Origin: Candidatus Micrarchaeota archaeon
GTDB taxonomy: Archaea > Micrarchaeota > Micrarchaeia > Anstonellales > Bilamarchaeaceae
Direction of reading: 5' to 3'
Assembly: GCA_037447235.1 (NCBI GenBank)
Contig: JBBIHC010000003.1
Span: forward strand, 17,513-81,512
DNA: 64,000 nt
Of the stretch, positions 38,084 through 46,426 are shown one piece after another (positions within the stretch are counted from its first letter, which is position 1; each line of letters opens with the position of its first letter). The notes below the pieces were generated by a model. The model ran no database searches. It saw only the letters and a list, made by a program, of their open reading frames with translations, and had not been told where the DNA came from. Made by a program: the position numbers and the translations under genes.

Positions 38084-38217
38084 GGGCCTGTAGCTCAACT
38101 TGGACAGAGCGCCTGGCTTCGGATGCGCTCTCCTGAATGCAGGAGTGACCAGGCGGTTGTGGGTTCAAAAGCCTTGTGCCGTCTCAGACGGCTTGGCTGG
38201 CAATCCTGCCAGGCCCG
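38084..38217 (+). tRNA. tRNA-Arg (anticodon UCG), 134-nt precursor with two introns: 25 nt at canonical 37/38 and 34 nt in the T-loop/T-stem junction
   Basis: Acceptor GGGCCUG/CAGGCCC, D-arm GCUC-AACUUGGACA-GAGC, anticodon stem CCUGG/CCAGG with loop CUUCGG|A. Intron 1 at 38123-38147 has a CUCCUG-AAUG-CAGGAG hairpin. T-stem GUGGG, loop UUCAAAA. Intron 2 at 38171-38204 has a GCCGUC-UCA-GACGGC hairpin, then CCUGC. Confidence 0.6.
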
Positions 38218-38243
38218 ATTATCAATCAACAAGTGAAAGAAAT

Positions 38244-38486
38244 ATGGAAAAAATGGTCATATACGAAGGGCTTCTTAAATGCGGCATATCCGAGCTTGAC
38301 GCAAAGATAGTGCTTGACTGCATTGTAAGAAAAACGTCGTGCTCCTGGATGAATAATGATGAGATAAAGGAAGGCGCTGAAGAAAGGCTGGATGATTATC
38401 TAAAACAGTACGGCCTCTCGGTTAAGATAAACGAAAGGCCGATGACGAATAAATACATCTGGGAAGTAAAAGTATTGAATAAATAA
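38244..38486 (+). CDS. Small hypothetical protein (80 aa)
   Basis: MEKMVIYEGLLKCGISELD...; internal ATG chosen because the longer track ORF (from 38100) overlaps the tRNA-Arg gene. Confidence 0.35.
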   Translation: MEKMVIYEGLLKCGISELDAKIVLDCIVRKTSCSWMNNDEIKEGAEERLDDYLKQYGLSVKINERPMTNKYIWEVKVLNK

Positions 38487-38532
38487 TGCGACCAGAAAGT
38501 GCGCAGGCAAGAGCGTCGCATAGTCTTTTTTT
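38486..38532 (+). terminator. Hairpin plus T-tract terminator-like element
   Basis: ATGCGAC-N22-GTCGCAT inverted repeat followed by TCTTTTTTT (38523-38532), directly after the stop of the small ORF. Confidence 0.35.
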
Positions 38533-38664
38533 AGTGTAAAAAATCAATATTTGTGAAAATAAAACCCAGAAGTAAAAAGAATGATTTTTAAAATGTTATG
38601 TTCAAAGCCATTAGTATATATTATATATGTATATATAATATATTTATAATCTAAGGGTGGTTTT

Positions 38665-38949
38665 ATGAAAAATGAGGAGATAAACCTGGTTGATGAAGGG
38701 TTTGAGGAGATAGGAGAAGCGAAGAAGCAGCCTGCAGGGCCTGCTCCGGGCAGCCAAAACAGCACTGGGGCGCAGCAGCAGGGCGCAAAACCCGATTTCA
38801 GGGTAGTCCAGCCGGACAGGGACAAAAACGGGAATATTGTATACACGAATGTTGGCGGGATGTGGAAAAACATATCAAAAAGCGGTAATGAATTTTATAC
38901 GCTCAGGATAGGGCAGCTGAAATTGCTGGTTTTCCCAAACAACAAATAA
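38665..38949 (+). CDS. Small protein (94 aa), Gln/Gly/Pro-rich N-terminus and beta-rich C-terminus, 10 nt upstream of radA
   Basis: Preceded by an AT-rich (TATA-rich) region at 38560-38660. Consistent coding frame. No recognisable motif. Confidence 0.4.
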   Translation: MKNEEINLVDEGFEEIGEAKKQPAGPAPGSQNSTGAQQQGAKPDFRVVQPDRDKNGNIVYTNVGGMWKNISKSGNEFYTLRIGQLKLLVFPNNK

Positions 38950-38958
38950 GGCGATGTT

Positions 38959-39909
38959 ATGGCAACAAAAAAAATATATAAGGAACTTGAGGACCTGCCA
39001 GGCATCGGAGAAGCAACCGCAGAAAAACTAAAGGCAGCCGGCTATGACAGCTTTTCCGCCATAGCTGCGGCAAACCCCCATGACTTGGCAGAACTTGTGG
39101 GCATGTCGGTTGAGGCGGCAAAAAAAGCCATAGACGCGTCAAAAGAAGCAATAGACATCGGCATAGAGCGAGGCGACCAGGTTTATGAGAGGCGAAAGGC
39201 AATAGGAAAGATAACTACCAGTTCAAAAGCGCTTGACGAGCTTTTGGGCGGGGGAGTGGAGACTCAGGCAATAACCGAGGCATATGCGCGCTTTAGCTCG
39301 GGAAAAAGCCAACTCGCGTTCCAGCTTGCAGTGAATGCCCAAAAACCCGTGGGCGAGGGTGGCCTCGGCGGCGGGGTGCTTTTTATAGATACCGAGCACA
39401 CATTCAGACCTGAGAGGATAGCCCAGATAGCGCAGGCTGCAAACATGGATCCGGTAGAAGTGTTAAAAGGCATTTATGTCGTTCGCGCGGAAAACAGCGA
39501 CCACCAGATGGTCGTGGTGGACAAGGCCGCAGAGCTGGTAAAGGAAAAAAACATAAAATTGATAGTCGTAGACTCCCTTACATCGCATTTCAGGTCAGAC
39601 TATATGGGCAGGGGTGCGCTGGGGGAGAGGCAGCAAAAGCTGAACAGGCATGTCCACGACCTGCAGAGGCTTGCAGACGAATACAATCTCGCAGTATATG
39701 TCACAAATCAGGTAATGGACGACCCGGGAATGATGTTTGGCGACCCGACAAAGCCCATTGGAGGGCACGTCCTTGCGCACGCTTCCACCTACAGGTTATA
39801 TCTTAGAAAGGGGAAGGACGAAAAAAGAATCGCAAGGCTGGTTGATTCGCCGAACCTTCCGGAAGGCGAATGCGTTTTCAAGGTGACAAAAAACGGGGTA
39901 AGCGACTAG
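38959..39909 (+). CDS. radA: DNA repair and recombination protein RadA
   Basis: N-terminal HhH ([20 protein letters not shown]), Walker A ([19 protein letters not shown]), Walker B ([12 protein letters not shown]); 316 aa. Confidence 0.9.
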   Translation: MATKKIYKELEDLPGIGEATAEKLKAAGYDSFSAIAAANPHDLAELVGMSVEAAKKAIDASKEAIDIGIERGDQVYERRKAIGKITTSSKALDELLGGGVETQAITEAYARFSSGKSQLAFQLAVNAQKPVGEGGLGGGVLFIDTEHTFRPERIAQIAQAANMDPVEVLKGIYVVRAENSDHQMVVVDKAAELVKEKNIKLIVVDSLTSHFRSDYMGRGALGERQQKLNRHVHDLQRLADEYNLAVYVTNQVMDDPGMMFGDPTKPIGGHVLAHASTYRLYLRKGKDEKRIARLVDSPNLPEGECVFKVTKNGVSD

Positions 39910-39916
39910 ATTTGAA

Positions 39917-39930
39917 TTTTTTATTTTTTC
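39917..39930 (+). terminator. Oligo-T tract terminator after radA
   Basis: tttttt-a-tttttt begins 8 nt after the radA stop codon. Confidence 0.35.
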
Positions 39931-39954
39931 CCTGCCGCGGCGGATAAAGGCATA

Positions 39955-39980
39955 TTTATAAATTTTATCATATAAAACTA
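39955..39980 (+). promoter_or_regulatory. TATA-like boxes upstream of the 40008 gene
   Basis: tttataaatttt and catataaaac lie 28-53 nt upstream of the ATG. Confidence 0.25.
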
Positions 39981-40007
39981 CATATTACAACAAAAATAGG
40001 TGTCCGG

Positions 40008-40577
40008 ATGGATGAATTCTACAAGCTGCTGCTTGCGGCGCAAACCGAAAAGGAAGAGGATGGAAGGATAGCAAGCGGATTGAAGGCAATCGAGCTATGC
40101 GTCACCAGGGTATGGGACGACAAGCTTCTTGAGATGGCTGCTGACAAAAAATTGCCAAAAGAGGTAAGGAGGGGGGCTGCAGACAGGCTTATTGACAAAT
40201 TCGTGGCAAAAGGATGGCATCAGGATCTCCTTGAAATGCATAATAACAAAAAGCTGTTGCGGGCATCCAGAAAAGCCGCAAAGAGGGCCGTGAATGCGGC
40301 GGTGTCAAAAGTGATAGAAGAGTGTAAAGAAAAGGGAAATTACATGCCGCTTGTCAGGATCGCACTGAACAGACGATTGCCCAAAGCGGTCAGAAAAAAG
40401 GCAGACATGGTGGCGAATGGCATGATATACAAAAAACCGAATATGGCTGCGGAGCCGGCAGCCCTGCCGGGATATGATGAGCTGGTAAAGCCCGGGCGGG
40501 AATTTCTCCACGGATTGAAAAAGAATGGCAAGCCCACACTCAAGGAAAGAATAAAGCACCTGTTTTTGGCAAGATGA
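40008..40577 (+). CDS. Hypothetical protein with HEAT/PBS-lyase-like repeats
   Basis: Repeated KKLPKEVRRGAADRL / RRLPKAVRKKADMV units, as in PBS-lyase HEAT-like repeats. Confidence 0.45.
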   Translation: MDEFYKLLLAAQTEKEEDGRIASGLKAIELCVTRVWDDKLLEMAADKKLPKEVRRGAADRLIDKFVAKGWHQDLLEMHNNKKLLRASRKAAKRAVNAAVSKVIEECKEKGNYMPLVRIALNRRLPKAVRKKADMVANGMIYKKPNMAAEPAALPGYDELVKPGREFLHGLKKNGKPTLKERIKHLFLAR

Positions 40578-40653
40578 GGCGAATGCTGCGGGGAGCCGGA
40601 AGAATTATAAAAAAATTTAAATACATTTGTAATTAAAAGTAAATGCTGATAAA

Positions 40654-41826
40654 ATGGCGGAAACAAAAGACCTAAACAAACTTATCTCCCTGACTTTTGA
40701 CGAGAACCCGGCAGTCAGGATGAAAGCCGCCGAACTTCTCGGAAAGTACGATGACCCGGCTGCTGTCTTTGCCCTGATGGAACTCAATTACGACAAGGAC
40801 CAGATGGTAAGAAAAAAGGCACAGGGGATAATAAGCAGCAAAAAGGAAAGCGGCGGCATTGAGCTTCTCTCATTTGCCGAGCTGTTTTCAAAGAACGCCG
40901 CAACGAGCGAGCAGGAAAAAGAGATGCCATTGGACAAAAAGGAAAAGATACTGTCGCCCATATCAAAGATGTTCGAGAAGCACCTTGGCAGGGAGAAGGC
41001 AGAGTTGGTCAAAAAAAGGATGATGCCGACCATAGAAAAGATATACCACCGCTCAACAACCAGCAAAAAACCAGAGGAAGCGGAGGAGCACGGAAGGAAG
41101 GTAATACAGGAATTTCTCACGAGCTATCTAGATGCCCTGTCGGATTTGGATGAGCTTAAGCATGAAACTGCCGCCCCCCAGCAAAAAGTGGTGCAGGAAA
41201 TGGAAGAGGTGCCTTTGGGCAAAGCCGAAACCGAGGCCAAGATGGGCGAACTGGAAGTGCTGGGCAAGGAAGTGGCTACTTCAAAACTGGAAGAGGACCT
41301 GCAAAGGATAGAAAACGACGAATTGATGGAAATCAGCGAGGAAGAGGAAATCAAAAAACTGCCGGACACTTTTTTCAAAAAGGCTTATGAGATGATGATG
41401 CTGTCTGGCGGGGACCAGGAGATAATGCAGAGGGAGGCGGAGCGCATGCTAAAAAATGCCGAGCGCGACATAAAAATCGCGTTCAAGCTTGCAAGGAGGA
41501 AGTTCAGGGAAAAGAAGATAACCGACCTCACAAAAATAAGAGACGGCATGAAAAACATAAATACAGACATTCTCGATGTAAAAGAAGCAGAAACCTTTGA
41601 GTATGAAAAAAGCAAGAGGAAAAAGGAGAAGGGCTTGGCAACCAGGATGGTTGTACAGGATGCAAACGGAAACGAAGGCGTCATATTTTTATATGACGGC
41701 AGGGGAACTGCTGTCAGGCCTGGAATGAAATTGAAAGTGATAAAGGGGCAGGCAAAACTTTTTGAATCTTCTGGGGAAACAATAATAACAATAGGCAAAA
41801 GGGGAGAGGTTTACATAGTATTGTAG
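40654..41826 (+). CDS. HEAT-repeat / coiled-coil hypothetical protein
   Basis: N-terminal DENPAVRMKAAELLGKYDDPAAVFALMELNYDKDQMVRKKA (PBS-lyase HEAT-like), then a long acidic coiled coil. Stop immediately precedes rpoK. Confidence 0.45.
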   Translation: MAETKDLNKLISLTFDENPAVRMKAAELLGKYDDPAAVFALMELNYDKDQMVRKKAQGIISSKKESGGIELLSFAELFSKNAATSEQEKEMPLDKKEKILSPISKMFEKHLGREKAELVKKRMMPTIEKIYHRSTTSKKPEEAEEHGRKVIQEFLTSYLDALSDLDELKHETAAPQQKVVQEMEEVPLGKAETEAKMGELEVLGKEVATSKLEEDLQRIENDELMEISEEEEIKKLPDTFFKKAYEMMMLSGGDQEIMQREAERMLKNAERDIKIAFKLARRKFREKKITDLTKIRDGMKNINTDILDVKEAETFEYEKSKRKKEKGLATRMVVQDANGNEGVIFLYDGRGTAVRPGMKLKVIKGQAKLFESSGETIITIGKRGEVYIVL

Positions 41827-41835
41827 GTGTTCGCG

Positions 41836-42021
41836 ATGGAGCTAACCAAGTATGAAGAAGCCAGAATAATCGGTGCAAGGGCGTTGCAGCTTGCAAAAGG
41901 GGCGCCTCCCTTGATAAAGCCGAAGAAAGGGATGAGCTTCATAGACCTGGCAAAAGAGGAATTGAAAAAAGGCGCTATGCCCCTCGCCATAAAAAAGGAA
42001 AAAGTCATTCAATCAGAATAA
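41836..42021 (+). CDS. rpoK: DNA-directed RNA polymerase subunit K (Rpo6/omega)
   Basis: LTKYEEARIIGARALQLAKGAPP, the characteristic RpoK/Rpb6 motif. ATG at 41836; the track GTG start at 41827 is possible. Confidence 0.7.
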   Translation: MELTKYEEARIIGARALQLAKGAPPLIKPKKGMSFIDLAKEELKKGAMPLAIKKEKVIQSE

Positions 42022-42607
42022 TCTCATAATCCTGCCCGACTTCTCTTGCAATTATCCTCCGTTCGTCTTCTATCCATTGATACTCCTCAAATGGACCATA
42101 GGAGTATCTTACAACATAGTGCTTCCTGCTTCCAACATAATCAACTCGTATTACTTTTATTGAAAGATTAAGGTCGCAGACGGACTCGTTGTTTATCACA
42201 AAGCAACCCTGCACGCTCCATTTGAAATCATCGTCAAGCGCAAGCATCCACGGCTTGAAAAAGAAGAGCCCTTTGTCATTGAGCGTGATGTTGGAGCCGC
42301 TTTCATCCGTGCCGTCTGAGCCGATGCAGGATAAAGGCGTGCTGCCTTCAGCATACAGCCAGACACAATCAGCCCCTTTTGCGGCAGCGAAAGAGATGTT
42401 TTGGAAGGTGCTGCCATCGCTGCCGAGGATTTCGTAAACGAGCGTAGTGCCCGGCGCTATGGAAAAGTTCCTGTTTTTCAAAAGCCCTTCCTCTTTGTAA
42501 ATAATTTTTTCCTCCAGAACAGGCGGCTCTACCTTTACGAGCAACGGCGCAGCGAACAGCAGCAGCAAAACAACCGCCAAAGCGACCAAAAACTCGCTTC
42601 TCATCAT
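42005..42607 (-). CDS. Secreted hypothetical protein
   Basis: Signal peptide MMRSEFLVALAVVLLLLFAAPLL, several sequons and Cys. No recognisable domain. Confidence 0.45.
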   Translation of the reverse strand: MMRSEFLVALAVVLLLLFAAPLLVKVEPPVLEEKIIYKEEGLLKNRNFSIAPGTTLVYEILGSDGSTFQNISFAAAKGADCVWLYAEGSTPLSCIGSDGTDESGSNITLNDKGLFFFKPWMLALDDDFKWSVQGCFVINNESVCDLNLSIKVIRVDYVGSRKHYVVRYSYGPFEEYQWIEDERRIIAREVGQDYEIILIE

Positions 42608-43119
42608 TGCACCCGGGCTATTTTCCCGAATTTGGCGTATGGCTTCGATGTCGGCGTCTTTAACTGATGGAAGATAACCTGTGAAATCCTCATCCCCTTG
42701 TGGAGGATTACCGGGAAAGGCGCCAGATTGACGATTTCAAGAACCTGGTGGTTGTCGCTGCCTGGCTGGACAATTGCGGACGTTATGTGTATTGAAAGGC
42801 CCATTCGCGCATACCTGCTTCTGCCTTCGAGCTTGCCCATTATGTCCAGCGCAAGGCTTATCTTCTCTACTGTCCTGCCGAGGCACATGCCGCCGGGCGG
42901 CAGGATTACGCTTTCCGCCCTTATTTTTTTGTGCGCTTTTTTGTAGTCAACTTTTGCCAGGTCGACCGTTTTGCCAAGATAGATTTTTTTGAAAAACCAC
43001 CATTCGTTGCTGAGCGTGAGATCAACGCTGCCCGGCCCAAGCTGCCCATCGCTGAAAGGCCTTATTTTTATCCTCCCATCCCGCATAGCTCGACGTATGT
43101 CGGCATCAGAAAACGCCAT
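42604..43119 (-). CDS. dcd: dCTP deaminase (dUTPase-fold)
   Basis: MAFSDADIRRAMRDGRIKI...GPGSVDLTL...ILPPGG...QPGSDNHQVLEIVN..., the Dcd family pattern. Start at 43119; the track ORF extended to 43596 has no support. Confidence 0.8.
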   Translation of the reverse strand: MAFSDADIRRAMRDGRIKIRPFSDGQLGPGSVDLTLSNEWWFFKKIYLGKTVDLAKVDYKKAHKKIRAESVILPPGGMCLGRTVEKISLALDIMGKLEGRSRYARMGLSIHITSAIVQPGSDNHQVLEIVNLAPFPVILHKGMRISQVIFHQLKTPTSKPYAKFGKIARVQ

Positions 43120-43179
43120 ATCAGTATAAAAGCGGGCATAATTAAAAACTTTTTTAATGATATAAAAGCGGGGATCAAA

Positions 43180-44190
43180 ATGAGAGTAGCGATAAGCGGA
43201 TTTGGAAGAATAGGAAAAATGTTTTTGAGGGCCGCGGTGGCGCAGGGCGCCCTGGGAAAAAATTTTGAGATAGTCGCAATAAACACCAGAAGCGAAATGA
43301 AGATGCACGTCCATCTTTTCAAATACGACTCGGTATTCGGCAAATTTGAGGGCACGGTAGAAGAGAAGGATGGCTTTTTCATTGTCAACGGCCACAAGAT
43401 AAAGTGGATAAGGGAAACCGACCCGCTTAAATTGCCGTGGAAGGAGCTCAATGTAGATGTCGTTGTCGAGAGCACGGGCGAGTTCACGAAACGTGAAGAG
43501 GCGGGGAAGCACCTGACAGCAGGCGCAAAGTACGTACTTTTGTCCGCTCCGGGCAAAGGCGTTGACGCGACGATAGTGCCGGCCGTAAACGACCACATCC
43601 TTGATATGAAAAAGATGAAAATAATATCGCTCGCCTCGTGCACTACGAACTGCCTCGCGCCTGTCCTGAAGGTGATTGACGCAAAGTTCGGCATTGAGAG
43701 CGGTTTCCTAAGCACGGTGCACGCCTACACAAATGACCAGAGGATATTGGACGGAAGCCACGAAAAGGACTGGAGAAGGGCAAGAGCAGGAGCAATAAAC
43801 ATAATACCGACCACGACTGGTGCGGCTAAGGCAATAGGTGAGGTATTGCCGCAGCTAAACGGCAGAATGGATGGCATTGCTTTCCGCGTCCCGGTTCCGG
43901 ACGGCTCGCTTAACGATATGGCACTTGTGCTGAAAAAATCTGCGACGGCACAGGAGATAAACGAGGAATTGAAAAGGGCAGGCAGGGACGAACTTAAAGG
44001 GGTGCTTGAATACACTGAAGAGCCGCTGGTGTCGAGCGACATAGTGGGCAATCCCCATTCTTCAATAGTCGACGGTCAGCTGACAAAGGTGATAGGCAAC
44101 CTGGCAAAAATATCGGCGTGGTACGACAACGAATACGGCTACTCAAACAGGCTGGTGGACCTTCTGAAAAAGATGGCAAAAGGCGTTTAA
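43180..44190 (+). CDS. gap: Glyceraldehyde-3-phosphate dehydrogenase, class I (bacterial/eukaryotic type)
   Basis: MRVAISGFGRIGKMF, active site ASCTTNCLAP, C-terminal AWYDNEYGYSNRLVDL: class I GapA signatures, not archaeal class II. Confidence 0.85.
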   Translation: MRVAISGFGRIGKMFLRAAVAQGALGKNFEIVAINTRSEMKMHVHLFKYDSVFGKFEGTVEEKDGFFIVNGHKIKWIRETDPLKLPWKELNVDVVVESTGEFTKREEAGKHLTAGAKYVLLSAPGKGVDATIVPAVNDHILDMKKMKIISLASCTTNCLAPVLKVIDAKFGIESGFLSTVHAYTNDQRILDGSHEKDWRRARAGAINIIPTTTGAAKAIGEVLPQLNGRMDGIAFRVPVPDGSLNDMALVLKKSATAQEINEELKRAGRDELKGVLEYTEEPLVSSDIVGNPHSSIVDGQLTKVIGNLAKISAWYDNEYGYSNRLVDLLKKMAKGV

Positions 44191-44645
44191 TGATAAAAAT
44201 CAACGAAAAAAAAGATGATTACCGCCAGAAACACCAGCAAAAATGACATATAGAAAATAGTGCGGAACAGCCCTAACGCGAAGGATGTGAGAAACACTGA
44301 AAGCGACTGATGCTGATCAAGCAGTTTTGCAATTCTGCCGAGAAAAGAAAGGAAGACCAGCGCGGGCGCGGAGATATAAGCTATTGAGAAGGCAAGCGAA
44401 AAGGTCGGCATCCTGATTGCGTTGACAACATCGTTTTGCTGTCCAAGATAAAAAACATACGCCAGAAGCCCAGCTACGAAGACAAAGGTGTCAAAAACCC
44501 TGCCGCTTGCCGGATAGATGATTGCCTCCAGTTCTCTGTCAAGAAGTCTGAGCGAGCGCGGCAATTCCCAAAGCAGGAAACCTGCCGCCATCAGCAGGCC
44601 GGCATTGAGCAGGAATGCAGAATCTACAAATGCCAAAAAACTCAT
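44187..44645 (-). CDS. Hypothetical 4-TM membrane protein
   Basis: 152-aa hydrophobic ORF overlapping the neighbours' stop/start by 4 nt. Confidence 0.4.
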   Translation of the reverse strand: MSFLAFVDSAFLLNAGLLMAAGFLLWELPRSLRLLDRELEAIIYPASGRVFDTFVFVAGLLAYVFYLGQQNDVVNAIRMPTFSLAFSIAYISAPALVFLSFLGRIAKLLDQHQSLSVFLTSFALGLFRTIFYMSFLLVFLAVIIFFFVDFYH

Positions 44646-46426
44646 TTTTTCACCCTTGCGATGAGATCTTCGAGCTCCTTCGGCTCCACATAAAGGCGGT
44701 ACTTGCTCATCACGCTTTTTACATCATAACTGCATTCAGCCGCAATTCTTTGCAGATTTTCTCCGGTTATTTTCTCAAATTTTTTGACAGCCGATGCGAC
44801 GGGCTCGCCCTTTGCCACCAGCCTGAGGATCTCGGGCATTGCCGCCTTAGCAAACCTGCCTGCCGCGTAATGCGAGAAAACCTTCCCCATAACATCATCA
44901 ACATCCTTGACCTCCAGCCCTTCCCTCCTCAAAGACACAAGCGTGTTCTCAAGCGTGCTGGCTATCATCACCGGCTCCACTGATGGAAACTCCCTTGCAA
45001 GCTGCTCAAAAAGGGCGAGATTCTTTGATTTCAGCATCTGCTCCGCCATTTCCTTATTGAGCATGGAAAGCAGCGTCTCGCGCTTTTCTTCCAAGGACGC
45101 GCCTTTCTGCCTTTCAATCATCTGCAGGAATTCTTTTGTAACCCGAATCGGAGGCACATCAGTCTCAGGATAAAGCCGTGCCCTGCCTGGCAGCGGGCGC
45201 ATAAAGGAAGTCGTGCCATCCGCGTTCGCTTTTCTCGTTTCCTTTGGCACCTCCTCCATTGAAGCCCGCTCACATACCTTTTGAAGCGCCTTCTTTGCCG
45301 CTGCCTGCTCTGCGACAACAAGCACAAAAGCGTCGTCCGGCTGCATATTAAGGGTTGTCCGGAGTTCCTGGATCTCTGCCGGTTTTATGCCATATTTCTC
45401 CATGCTCTCGTCGCTGTGTATTATTCCTTTTACGCCGGCTGTTTTTGCATAATCGCTCATCTCCGTCCCATATCGCCTGTTGGGACCTATTTCCCAGCCA
45501 AGGATGCCTGCGTGATGCGGAAGTTTAAGCGCAAAAACATGCTGTCCTTCGCTTATGCCGCTTTTAATCAGCTTTGCCTCTGTTGCGGCAAATACGTGCG
45601 TCACATCAACGAATTCTTTTTTTATAAACAACCTTCCTTTTTGCTTCAGTTGTTCCAAAATTTTTATCAGCTGCTGCTGCCGGTTTGCTTCAATCTCCAG
45701 GAGCTTGGGCAGCATCTTCAGGTCCTGCGCGCCTTTTATCTCCACCCTTGCGCCGCCTTCCACAGATACATTCACGTCCTGCCTTATGGTTCCAAGGCCT
45801 CTTGCGACATTTCCCGTAGCCCGCATTATCATACCTATTTTTTCTGCAACCTCAAGAAGGTGGCCGCCGTCTTTTATGTCCGGTGCGGTGGCTATTTCAA
45901 TAAGCGGAATGCCAAGCCTGTCAAGGCGGTATGTCACCTTCCCGTTTTCCGCCTTCACTATGCCGGCGCTTTCCTCCTCCAGCGCTATTGTCTGTATGCC
46001 CACCCTGCCTTTGCTTGTCTCCAGCCAGCCGCCAAGGGCAATCATCGCCGTCCGCTGAAAACCGCAGGTATTGCTTCCATCAATGACGATTTTTCTCATG
46101 ACATGAATTTCATCAACAGGCTTTGCATTCAGGTGGAGCGCGATTTTCAGCGCCATGGCAAGCGCCTCCGTATTCATGCTGTGCGGCGGCTCTTCGTCAA
46201 GCTCCACCAGGCAGTTGTTGCTTCTGTAAGCAAGATATTCAAACTGCTTCCTGTTCTCAAACTCGTGCCGCGAAGCCTCGTCCATCTCGCCCATTTCGCT
46301 CAGCACGGGCCTGAGCTGCCTGCGCACAACAAAATCGTGCGGCGCATTTTCGGCAAGCTCGGATGGGCAGCTGCAAAAAAGCTTGTGCGTAAGAAGGCGC
46401 TGGTGTATCTCAATGCCTGCCTTCAT
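44642..46426 (-). CDS. gatE: Glutamyl-tRNA(Gln) amidotransferase subunit E
   Basis: MKAGIEIHQRL...CSCPSEL N-terminus, GatB/E catalytic core, C-terminal YqeY-like tail; 594 aa. Confidence 0.9.
   Translation of the reverse strand: MKAGIEIHQRLLTHKLFCSCPSELAENAPHDFVVRRQLRPVLSEMGEMDEASRHEFENRKQFEYLAYRSNNCLVELDEEPPHSMNTEALAMALKIALHLNAKPVDEIHVMRKIVIDGSNTCGFQRTAMIALGGWLETSKGRVGIQTIALEEESAGIVKAENGKVTYRLDRLGIPLIEIATAPDIKDGGHLLEVAEKIGMIMRATGNVARGLGTIRQDVNVSVEGGARVEIKGAQDLKMLPKLLEIEANRQQQLIKILEQLKQKGRLFIKKEFVDVTHVFAATEAKLIKSGISEGQHVFALKLPHHAGILGWEIGPNRRYGTEMSDYAKTAGVKGIIHSDESMEKYGIKPAEIQELRTTLNMQPDDAFVLVVAEQAAAKKALQKVCERASMEEVPKETRKANADGTTSFMRPLPGRARLYPETDVPPIRVTKEFLQMIERQKGASLEEKRETLLSMLNKEMAEQMLKSKNLALFEQLAREFPSVEPVMIASTLENTLVSLRREGLEVKDVDDVMGKVFSHYAAGRFAKAAMPEILRLVAKGEPVASAVKKFEKITGENLQRIAAECSYDVKSVMSKYRLYVEPKELEDLIARVKK

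Noticed and set aside
38100-38243. N-terminal extension of the 38100..38486 ORF
   Set aside because: Overlaps the tRNA-Arg gene (38084..38217) on the same strand. An internal ATG at 38244 gives a plausible small protein instead.
43120-43596. 5' extension of the dcd ORF (track ORF 42604..43596)
   Set aside because: Recognisable dCTP deaminase begins at MAFSDADIRR (43119). The extension has no homology and would overlap the divergent gap promoter/gene.
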